Below are positions 20,821-28,931 of a stretch of 32,000 bases of DNA, piece by piece. The stretch lies in assembly GCA_002794465.1 (NCBI GenBank), contig MTSL01000213.1, positions 139,787 to 171,786 on the forward strand, read 5' to 3'. The notes beneath the pieces were generated by a model, which was given only the letters and a program-made list of their open reading frames with translations, was not told the origin of the DNA and searched no databases. The stretch's first letter is position 1. Every line of letters begins with the position of its first letter. This DNA comes from Paramicrosporidium saccamoebae KSL3. Taxonomy: Eukaryota > Fungi > Cryptomycota. Both the position numbers and the translations under genes were made by a program.

Positions 20821-21513
20821 ATGAGGTATTTGGATGGCAGGACAGCGCAGGAAATTGACCAAGAGCTTTTAAATGTGCACCAATTCTCCATTGACCAGCT
20901 GATGGAGCTGGCGGGTCTGTCAGTTGCCTGTGCAATCCACGCCGAATATGCAGCGGAACAAAGTTGTCTGGTGGTCTGCGGTCCGGGCAATAATGGGGGC
21001 GATGGACTGGTGGCTGCCCGTCATTTGGCGCACTTTGGATATCGTGTCACTGTAGTGTATCCGCGTGTCGGAAAACTGGACATTTTTCCCGTACCGTCGA
21101 ATCCAATATTCATGCTGTAGCGATTAATGGCCCAATGTGTAGACATGGGGATTGATGTTTGTCAAGATTGGCCCATACGGAAGTCTTATGACATTGTAGT
21201 GGATGCCATATTTGGGTTTAGCTTCCACGGGCCTGTCCGTGAACCATATGCCAGTCTTGTTCAGCAACTGCAATCCCACCACCGTGTCGTCTCTGTTGAT
21301 GTGCCGTCGGGATGGGAGGCGGACGCTCCGCCTACAAATCCAGTATGGATGCCCGCTATGCTAGTCAGTCTCACTGCTCCTAAGCAGTGTTGCATATACT
21401 ACAAAGGCATCCATTACCTGGGTGGACGCTTTATCCCACCCAGTCTTGCTGCAAAGTACAAGTTGCAATCCAGCTATGCTGGGTCCTCCCAAATCCAGCG
21501 ACTTGAGCAATAA
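20821..21513 (+). CDS. NAXE: NAD(P)H-hydrate epimerase (YjeF_N), 1 intron (21091-21120)
   Basis: AQEIDQELL...FSIDQLMELAGLSVA, CGPGNNGGDGLVAARHL, IVVDAIFGFSF, VSVDVPSGW, LVSLTAPK, HYLGGRFIP. Confidence 0.95.
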
Positions 21514-21539
21514 AATTAACATTTTGCATAACCAAACCA

Positions 21540-22331
21540 ATGGGTGCAAAGGGATGGTTCCGACGGAGTTTGGTGTTTGACGCACCACATGCCAAATGGT
21601 ACTTTATCATCTCTGCCTCCTTCTACCTGTTCTGCGCCTATCTGATGGTATGTCAACACAGTCATTTGGGATTGTAGACCGTCTTTTCCAATGTTGCATC
21701 ATACCTCAGCCCTTCCAACGTCCACTTTCCAATCCTCCCTGACCTTGGCCTGGCCATCATGCCCCACATTAAGATGATTTGGCTGACAGATTTGGTTGTG
21801 CAGACGCCCGTCCTTTACACATTTGTCTACATTTTCATCGCCGACCCGCAGCCCGTGCTCTCCATCTGTCGCATTGGAAATACCCTTTCTATTGCCTATC
21901 TTTTGCGCTGTGTTTCAATGGTGGTGACCAGTCTGCCCGATCCGCGTCCAGGCTGCGTCCGCATTACCTCCAAAGTATTCACCACATTTACTTTGCACCG
22001 TTGTGGCGGTAAGAGCCAAGGCGTGATGGTTAGCTGTGTAGATTGCCTGTTCTCGGGACACATGATCATGCTAACTATCATTGGACTATATTGGCTCTCC
22101 CACCAGCCCTCGTTCTACCACCAAATAGCCGCCATCCTCAAGAAATGCACTCTACTGCTATTCTTTGCGGGAATCTGGGCCATCCTGGCAAACCGCACGC
22201 ACTACACTATTGACATTCTCGTGGCAATCTATACAGGCGCGGGCATCTGGTGGTCCTTTGCCTATTTCTGGCAAAACCACCTGGCTAAAAGGCTAGTTAA
22301 TGTTGATAGATTTTATGATAAAGCCTTTTAG
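21540..22331 (+). CDS. Sphingomyelin-synthase / IPC-synthase (PAP2_C) family phosphotransferase, 2 introns (21648-21677, 22009-22041)
   Basis: After splicing: LPDLG (D1), SLPDP (D2), CGDCLFSGH (D3) and HYTIDILVA (D4) motifs with multiple TM helices. Confidence 0.85.
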
Positions 22332-22568
22332 ATTATTCGCGAGTAGGTGAGTTGGCCTTGGTGAGACTTGGCATGATGCACACACCTACTATAAAAATGT
22401 TGGAGCGCGTTTTTATCCCACGTCTTTTATGACTTTGCAGTTTTGGATCGATAATTCCTAGCGCAACTTCTGACCGGCACTGGCAGTTAATTAGAGTGCT
22501 CAATATGACTCACCTTTATTATTGTTTAGACCGCTCAAGTCTTAATTAAAAGGTTACTTTGAAATCTT

Positions 22569-24329
22569 TTAAAAATCCATCATGCTCATAGCCAATGCCA
22601 TCGCGAGATCGTCATCAACAGCAGGCTGGAGATCAGGTCTAACAACCTCATTCGATATTTGCTCATTACTTCTAGTGGACTCTCTTGGCATTCTTGGTGC
22701 TTGACTACCAAGTTCAGGCCAACTGCGCTCATTACGACTGGTAGTCACTCTTGGTATTATTGGTGCTTGATCGCCAAGTTCAGGCCAACTGTGCCCGTTA
22801 AGTCTATTAGACGCACCCATTCCCCGAGTTGCGGTAGTAGTGGTAGTGGTGGTAGCCCTCGTAGTTCTCGCCGACGGAATATTATTTCCTGTAGTCCTGG
22901 GGTTCGATCTGGAAGCAGAGAGAGTACTACTAGCAGGCGTTTGCAATGCTCTGGGGTTCGGTCTGGCAACAGGAGTGCTGTTAGTGGGCCTTTGCAGTGT
23001 GCTGGGGCTCGGCCTGGCAGTGGGGGGACTATTAGTAGGTGTTTGCAGTGTTCTGGGGTCTGATCTGGCAGCAGAGGGGATATTGTTAGTGGGCGTTTGC
23101 AGTGTTCTGAGGCTCGGTCTGGCAACAGGAGTACTGTTAGTAGACGCCTGCGACGCTCTGGGGTTTGGAAGCTCTCTACGAGCTCGATCAGAGGAGCCAC
23201 TTACTCCCACAGGGATATTCTCATCAGTTCTCCGTGGTCGTAGGAGCGGTTCTTCTCGCCGAGGAGTGCCCTCAGAAAGAGTTCGATTTGCCGTTACGAT
23301 ATGACTTGGAACAGCCGCTTTGAAATCGGCAGCATGGTTATTCCACTGTACGATTTCAGATTCCTTTACGTAAAACAACAGCGCAACCTCTTTGTTGTAG
23401 GACAAGTGCTCCTCATCTTTCAGGCGCCTGGCTGTGCTATCGTTAAAAATATGCCAGTCATTATAGAGAATGTTGGTACGGACCACAGCCTGAAAATGTC
23501 CCGGTCGGCCAATTACCAATCCATTCAGGTGATAGAGCTCGCCATTGACAATGAGGATATTTTCGTACTGTAATTTAGCATTGGAGTTGGTAAATGAGAT
23601 ATTACCGCGCTTCACGAGGATGGGCAGGACGGGCCCGGTAGATTTAATGGTGTACTTTTCTTGCACAGTATTCAGACCGTCGAACTTTGCTCCAAAACCC
23701 GACAAACACTCATCAATGTAATCAGTGCCAGTTGGGCTTATTAGAACGTCATTAATCGTGGTGTTCGGATTGTCCAAAAGATCTTGGAGACTTTGTCCAT
23801 CCAAAGTGCCAGGAACTACGCTGATCTGCACACTCGACGCATCTTCATCTTCTATGAAATACGTAATGCCCTCAAAGGACAAGGTTTTTTCGAGTTTTGT
23901 TTGCATAAGTCCCTTCATAAATGGCAAAACATTTGTGAGCCACATTAAAAAAATGTCTGGATCACCTTCCTGACGAGGCATCAATCCTAGTCCTTTCTGC
24001 TCTCCCAGGATGCTCGCCTTGTACTCTTTTTCAAAATCGGGCACAATGGTAATCGCATCAGTGTTTGTAGATCGATAATCATTTCTTCCATATTGGGATT
24101 TTGGGGTCGTCTGCAGTCTAGCGAACACACCAGCGAGGGCCAAGTGAATCTTGCTGCCGGCCTCATTAACGTTGAGGACAGCCTCGCGAACGCTATGGAT
24201 GGCAAAGAGATTTTGGAGGACAGAAGACATGTAACAGAAATTCATTTGTCTATTTTGTATGCCCACAGGAACGGTATTCTGTGCGCACCAAACAGCGGTA
24301 CAGGACAGGAGGAAGAGAAACAGTTTCAT
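22569..24329 (-). CDS. Signal-peptide-bearing USP (peptidase C19)-type deubiquitinase with C-terminal UIM, paralog 1
   Basis: MKLFLFLLSCTAVWCA leader; Cys box GIQNRQMNFCYMSSVLQNL; QEGDPDIFL; His/Asp box GRPGHFQAVVRT...WHIFNDS; terminal DDDLAMALAMSMMDF. Confidence 0.82.
   Translation of the reverse strand: MKLFLFLLSCTAVWCAQNTVPVGIQNRQMNFCYMSSVLQNLFAIHSVREAVLNVNEAGSKIHLALAGVFARLQTTPKSQYGRNDYRSTNTDAITIVPDFEKEYKASILGEQKGLGLMPRQEGDPDIFLMWLTNVLPFMKGLMQTKLEKTLSFEGITYFIEDEDASSVQISVVPGTLDGQSLQDLLDNPNTTINDVLISPTGTDYIDECLSGFGAKFDGLNTVQEKYTIKSTGPVLPILVKRGNISFTNSNAKLQYENILIVNGELYHLNGLVIGRPGHFQAVVRTNILYNDWHIFNDSTARRLKDEEHLSYNKEVALLFYVKESEIVQWNNHAADFKAAVPSHIVTANRTLSEGTPRREEPLLRPRRTDENIPVGVSGSSDRARRELPNPRASQASTNSTPVARPSLRTLQTPTNNIPSAARSDPRTLQTPTNSPPTARPSPSTLQRPTNSTPVARPNPRALQTPASSTLSASRSNPRTTGNNIPSARTTRATTTTTTTATRGMGASNRLNGHSWPELGDQAPIIPRVTTSRNERSWPELGSQAPRMPRESTRSNEQISNEVVRPDLQPAVDDDLAMALAMSMMDF
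22660..23150 (-). repeat. Coding tandem repeats in the USP paralog 1 linker (17/18-aa units; 22-aa SWPELG unit x2)
   Basis: STPVARPSLRTLQTPTN / NIPSAARSDPRTLQTPTN / SPPTARPSPSTLQRPTN / STPVARPNPRALQTPAS; SWPELGDQAPIIPRVTTSRNER / SWPELGSQAPRMPRESTRSNEQ. Confidence 0.88.
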
Positions 24330-24565
24330 TTTGCAAAAACCCAGGGTAAAGCAAGCAAGGGCTCATGTTAAATAATTAGCTGGGTATTGGTTGTTTATAT
24401 GTGGGCAAATGCGGCAAGAAGGGGAGGGTTGATACTTCAATGTACTTTTTATAATCTTCCTCACTATGGGACACGGTCTTTTCCCGAATCTTTCTGATTA
24501 CCGGAATGAAGTAAATATGGTTTAGGAGGTGGGCCTGAACAATTTCCAATATCCGAAATTCATGT

Positions 24566-24718
24566 TGTCGCGTAGTGGGGATAAATAGTATGGATACACA
24601 TCTCACTGTCCTCAAATACCCAGCAAAGCGATCCACTCTAGCACACAAATACCCGGCAAAGCGATCCACTCTAGCACACAAATACCCAACTAATCAATCC
24701 TCTGCGCCTCTACGTCAC
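24566..24718 (-). repeat. Copy 4 (internally deleted) of the interspersed repeat with an internal 33-bp tandem duplication
   Basis: Retains the 5' end (CAAATACCCAACTAATCA and TCTACGTCAC at 24679-24718) and 3' end (TGTCGCGTAGTGGGGAT at 24566-24582). 33-bp units start at 24613 and 24646. Confidence 0.7.
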
Positions 24719-24785
24719 TGTTATCATAAACACGAAATTTTAACAAAGTATACTTTGAATATGTCGTTGCTATTATTTTCTATCC

Positions 24786-26366
24786 TTAAAACTGCGCAAG
24801 ACTCAAGGCAATCGCAGCCCGAATATCTTCATCGTCACTTCCATAGAGTCCATCTTGCCAATTTTCCACAGAGGACTGATTAGGCTTACTTGGATCACAG
24901 GAATCACCCTGACCAGCTACCTTGGTGGAAGAGTCCAGTGTCTTCTTATCATGATCAAGAAGATCGTCCAAATTCTCATCGCATTCATCAAATTGCCAGT
25001 CTTTCTTCCTGTTGCGTCTAGGAAGCACATTACCCTTAAACTCATTGGATTTGGCTGGGCGGTTAATTTCATGATTAGTACTAACTGGAAATTCATCGAA
25101 AAAGTTCCATGTCACATCTCTCTCCTCCTCATTCGGCAGATTAGAATTGTTCACACAGAGAAAAGTTTGAGTTTGTGATGAACATGTAGCCAAAGTCGAG
25201 AGCTCTACAGTTGCCGTCCATTTAGGTATGGTGCTCTCGTCGAACTGTTCGCCGAGTCTGTCCTGCTCATCCTTTGGGAGGTCCTCTGTTATGGGTTGAT
25301 CTCTTGGAGCAACTCTCTTGAAGCGGCCAAGGTTTGCCAGAATAATCTCGGGAATTTCTGCCTTGTACTCACCATGCCAATTTATGGCTTCAGATTCCTT
25401 TACATAGAATAAAAGCGCAACTTTGTCTTGGTATGAGAGCTCTGCATTCTTCTTCAGACGAGTGGCCGAGCTATCGTTGAAGCAATACCAGTCGTCGTCA
25501 GAAGTGTTGGTACGTACAACGGCTTTGAAATGCCCTGGCCTGCCGATTACCATTCCATTCAAGTGGTAAGTCTCGCCCCCAATGTCAAGAGTCTTGGTAT
25601 AGTGCAGTTTGGCCTTGGAGTTGGTAAAGTGGATATTATCACGCTTCACTAGGACGGGCAGGATGGGGCCCGTAGATACGATGGTGTATTTTTCTTGGAT
25701 ATTGTACTGTTGACCAAATACCACTTTAGCATCAGTCAAAAGCTGATCGATAGTCTGATCACCAGTCTTGGTAATATTGACTCCCTCAATGGAAGAGCCA
25801 ATATTGTCCAAAAGATATTGAAGATCTTGCTCCTTCGAGTCATCACTCAGTACTGAAACCTGTACGCTTGAAACGACGTCGGTTATTTGTCTGGAATACG
25901 TAACGTCACCATAGGTCAAAGTTCTTTCGAGTTTTGCGTACACAAGATCATTTACCAGCGGCAGGACATTTGCAAGCCACATTAAAAAAATGTCTGGATC
26001 ACCTAGTTGGTAAGGCTTCAGCTCTAGTCCTTTTTGTTCTCCAGTGATGCTCGCCGAGTAGGCTTGATAAAAGCCAGGATCGATACTGACTGCATTGGCA
26101 CTTGAAGAGGGATACTCATCTCGTTTGTATTGGTCTTTTGGAGCCATCTGCAGTTTAGCAAACACATCAGCGAGGGCCAGGTGGATCTCGCTGCCTGCTT
26201 CCCCAACGTTGAAGACAGCCGCGCGAAAGTTGTTGAGAGCAAAAAGATTCTGTAGGACTGAGGCGAGATAGCACAAATTTCTCCCCTCATTTATGATACC
26301 CACAGGGACAGTATTCTGTGCGCACCAAACAGTGGTACAAGACAAGAGGATGAGAAGCAGCTTCAT
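24786..26366 (-). CDS. Signal-peptide-bearing USP-type deubiquitinase with C-terminal UIM, paralog 2
   Basis: MKLLLILLSCTTVWCA leader, homologous to the start of paralog 1; GIINEGRNLCYLASVLQNL; GRPGHFKAVVRT...WYCFNDS; terminal DDEDIRAAIALSLAQF. Confidence 0.82.
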   Translation of the reverse strand: MKLLLILLSCTTVWCAQNTVPVGIINEGRNLCYLASVLQNLFALNNFRAAVFNVGEAGSEIHLALADVFAKLQMAPKDQYKRDEYPSSSANAVSIDPGFYQAYSASITGEQKGLELKPYQLGDPDIFLMWLANVLPLVNDLVYAKLERTLTYGDVTYSRQITDVVSSVQVSVLSDDSKEQDLQYLLDNIGSSIEGVNITKTGDQTIDQLLTDAKVVFGQQYNIQEKYTIVSTGPILPVLVKRDNIHFTNSKAKLHYTKTLDIGGETYHLNGMVIGRPGHFKAVVRTNTSDDDWYCFNDSSATRLKKNAELSYQDKVALLFYVKESEAINWHGEYKAEIPEIILANLGRFKRVAPRDQPITEDLPKDEQDRLGEQFDESTIPKWTATVELSTLATCSSQTQTFLCVNNSNLPNEEERDVTWNFFDEFPVSTNHEINRPAKSNEFKGNVLPRRNRKKDWQFDECDENLDDLLDHDKKTLDSSTKVAGQGDSCDPSKPNQSSVENWQDGLYGSDDEDIRAAIALSLAQF

Positions 26367-26708
26367 TTTGCCAAAGTCCGGGGGTAGTGATTCCATCCGA
26401 GACAGGGTTTTGTATATCACATGACCATTACCGATCGACCCTTTGTCAATTAAAAGCACGGATATTAAAAGCATGAACAATAAAGAAACACGGATGGACA
26501 GTCAAAGCGTGTTCGCAGCAGAAAAAGCACGCCGCGGCCGATAATGCGTACATGGCCACAAAAAGTCATCAGCACGAGTGTGGCTTGTCTTGAGTAGAGT
26601 GATTCCATCTTCAATGCTTGGCACCGTTTAATTTACCTCTTTTGATATTTGAAGGGTTCGAGGCGCCAGTTGTGTTTATGGAAAGTGTTCATGGCCAGGG
26701 TCCTCTCA

Positions 26709-27258
26709 ATGTTGGTCTACACCGACGTCATTTCCGGTACCTTTTTATCCATCCATCTCATCTCTAGGCGATGAGCTCCTCAGCGACTCCTTCAAGATCC
26801 AGACCGAAGACGATATTGTTTATCGCGTAGAGTGCAAGAACGTCCGCAAGGGAGCCGTAGAGATTAACATTGGCGCCAACCCGACGACTGGTGATGGCGA
26901 GGCCGGTGCTGCGCCCGAGGAGGCCGTTGAAGATGGCTCTTATGAGGTCATTGATGTCGTGGACGCGTGCCGTCTGGAGACTACCGTCTTTGACAAGAAG
27001 AGCTACATGGCCCACATTAAAGACTACATGAAGGCCATTAAGGAGTATCTCAAGGATCGGAACCCGGATCGCGTGCCCGTGTTCGAAAAGGCTGCGGCTA
27101 CGTATGTCAAGAAGGTTTTGGAAAACTTTAGCAATTATGGCTTCTTTACTGGAGAGAACTGTGACCCGACTGGAATGGCCGTGCTCTATGAGGAGGCCGC
27201 CGATGGAAAGACTTACATGATCTACTGGAAGGACGGTCTCAAGGCCGAAAAGTACTAA
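26709..27258 (+). CDS. TMA19: Translationally controlled tumor protein homolog, 1 intron (26737-26767)
   Basis: Spliced MLVYTDVISG-DELLSDSF...IGANP...VIDVVDACRL...FDKKSYMAHIKDYMK...FFTGE..DP.GM...WKDGLKAEKY. Confidence 0.95.
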
Positions 27259-27504
27259 GTCAAGCGTGAGAGTTCGTATATAACGGATCGGGGATTGGAG
27301 AGGAAGAGTCTTGATTTCCAACTTTACCAATAACCAATAAAGCTCTTTGTAACTGTGATGTAGAGAGGGTGGTAAAATGGTTAGCGGGAGGTGTTGAGAC
27401 TGAAGGGTGTGATGAAAAGCCACTGACACGCAATGAGTGAATTAATCTGACCATTGTCTTGGTAATACCCAAGCTGTAGTGACCAAGTCGTAGATTTCCA
27501 TTAT

Positions 27505-27750
27505 GCAGCACAAGTCTGGTAGTTCTACGTAATACAATTCCGGTAGTTCTACGCAATACCATCCTGGTAATCTCCCATCACGCAACACAGGTCTGGTCAT
27601 TTCCCATTACGCAACACAGGTCTGGTAATATCCCATTATGTAACAAGTCTATAACAACTTCCCCTCTGCTGCTACGCTGCAAAAACGCGGAAACCTCATT
27701 ATTAATACATTGGAATGCTTTTATTAGAGCACTATGTTACAAAAGTCTAA
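27505..27750. repeat. Degenerate 23-29 bp minisatellite related to the interspersed element 3' end
   Basis: CTGGT(A/C)AT(C/T)TCCCAT(C/T)ACGCAACACAGGT units; CAAGTCTATAACAACTT at 27644-27660 is identical to 16152-16168. Confidence 0.72.
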
Positions 27751-28045
27751 AGAGATGAGTATAAGGACAGATGGTGCTCAGAAAGCCATGCTTTTATCGT
27801 CAGGGAAATTCGGAAGATTGACAGATTAAAATAGTTCTTCATCACTGCACCGTTATTTACCTTTGCATATGCAATTGAAGAAGCAATCAGAACTTCTTAG
27901 AGATTTGCTATCATCCCCGTAGGTCCAGCAAGTTGAGTTCATCATTTCACTGACGACGGCAGTTGCCCACCGTCGTCAAATTTCTGCACCCCGGCCATTG
28001 CTGTCCTTTTATATCTGTCCAATCGAGACTGGGCGCGGGAAATCT

Positions 28046-28600
28046 ATGGGACGACCACGCAAAAATGTGCCTGCGAATAATGAGTATGAAGTGGAACGGA
28101 TAGTAGATAAGCGTACGCGGAGGAGAAAAATTGAATATCAAGTAAAATGGGTTGGCTATCCCGAGAGCGAAAATACTTGGCAGACGGTCGACTCTATGAA
28201 CTGTCCAAAGTTGATTGCCGAGTACGAGGAAGGGGAAGCTGAAGAGACAGACGCGTCAAACGAGTCGAACGAAACTTACGAAACGTACGAGACAGATGGA
28301 ACGGATGAGACGGAGGAGATAAAGACGAAGCGATCGGGTCGCACCACCAGTCCCAAACAGAGGCGAGTGGGAGCTCTGATTAAAATACAGCCAGAAGGTG
28401 ATTACAAGCCAGGTGATTGGGAGGATGAGGTTCTTCAGGTAGATAATGTGACGCGCAATGGGTCAGGCGGATTAAACATACACATTCAATGGGTTGATGG
28501 AGAATACACTGAGGAGCTGGCCGTTGAAGCAAATGTGCGGTGCCCACAAAAGGTCATAAGCTTTTACGAATCAAGGCTTAAATTTCGAAGGACCATTTAG
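28046..28600 (+). CDS. HP1/Swi6-like chromodomain + chromoshadow protein with N-terminal AT-hook
   Basis: MGRPRK; EYEVERIVDKR...EYQVKWVGYPESENTW...CPKLIAEYE chromodomain; IQWVDG...EANVRCPQKVISFYESRL chromoshadow. Confidence 0.9.
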   Translation: MGRPRKNVPANNEYEVERIVDKRTRRRKIEYQVKWVGYPESENTWQTVDSMNCPKLIAEYEEGEAEETDASNESNETYETYETDGTDETEEIKTKRSGRTTSPKQRRVGALIKIQPEGDYKPGDWEDEVLQVDNVTRNGSGGLNIHIQWVDGEYTEELAVEANVRCPQKVISFYESRLKFRRTI

Positions 28601-28662
28601 TTATAAATTTTATTTCACCGGATTTAGGGGCGAATTGTAGCTGGATGTGAAGAGTAAATAGG

Positions 28663-28728
28663 TGCGGAGAGGCCAATCTACGTAGAATGCGGAGAGGCCG
28701 ATCTACGTGGAATGCGTAGATGATCTCC
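28663..28728. repeat. 25-bp tandem repeat x2 plus partial copy
   Basis: TGCGGAGAGGCC(A/G)ATCTACGT(A/G)GAA at 28663 and 28688. Confidence 0.8.
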
Positions 28729-28931
28729 ACAGTGTAAACGATCCCCCCGGTATAGGGGCCTGCATCCCAGAGCTATCAAACTAACAAAAAGGCGAGTTTT
28801 ATCGGAACACGTTCACATGATCTGGACATTGGGATCTCTACACTTTCTAGGAGGCCAAGATTACCACATGAGTATCATCTACCACAAATTGCAAATATAT
28901 TAGAACACTATTACAGCTAGGAGATGATCTT

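Noticed and set aside
24376-24883. ORFs 24376..24681 and 24575..24883
   Set aside because: They translate the 33-bp duplication of repeat copy 4 and have no ATG start or family motif.
16281-26366. Functional link between FANCD2 and the nearby USPs (as in USP1-FANCD2)
   Set aside because: The USPs carry signal peptides and lack recognisable USP1 features; proximity alone is not evidence in a eukaryote.
26367-26480. 38-aa N-terminal extension of USP paralog 2
   Set aside because: Homology to paralog 1 begins at ATG 26366, and both share GCAAA before the ATG. The upstream in-frame ATGs are noted as a caveat for the secretion claim.
26764-27429. 221-aa minus-strand ORF
   Set aside because: Antisense shadow of TCTP with no ATG start or recognisable motif.
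8686-28600. Cluster of chromatin genes (CENP-C, Myb-MC1, FANCD2, HP1)
   Set aside because: They are interspersed with unrelated metabolic genes over 20 kb; consistent with chance in a gene-dense genome.
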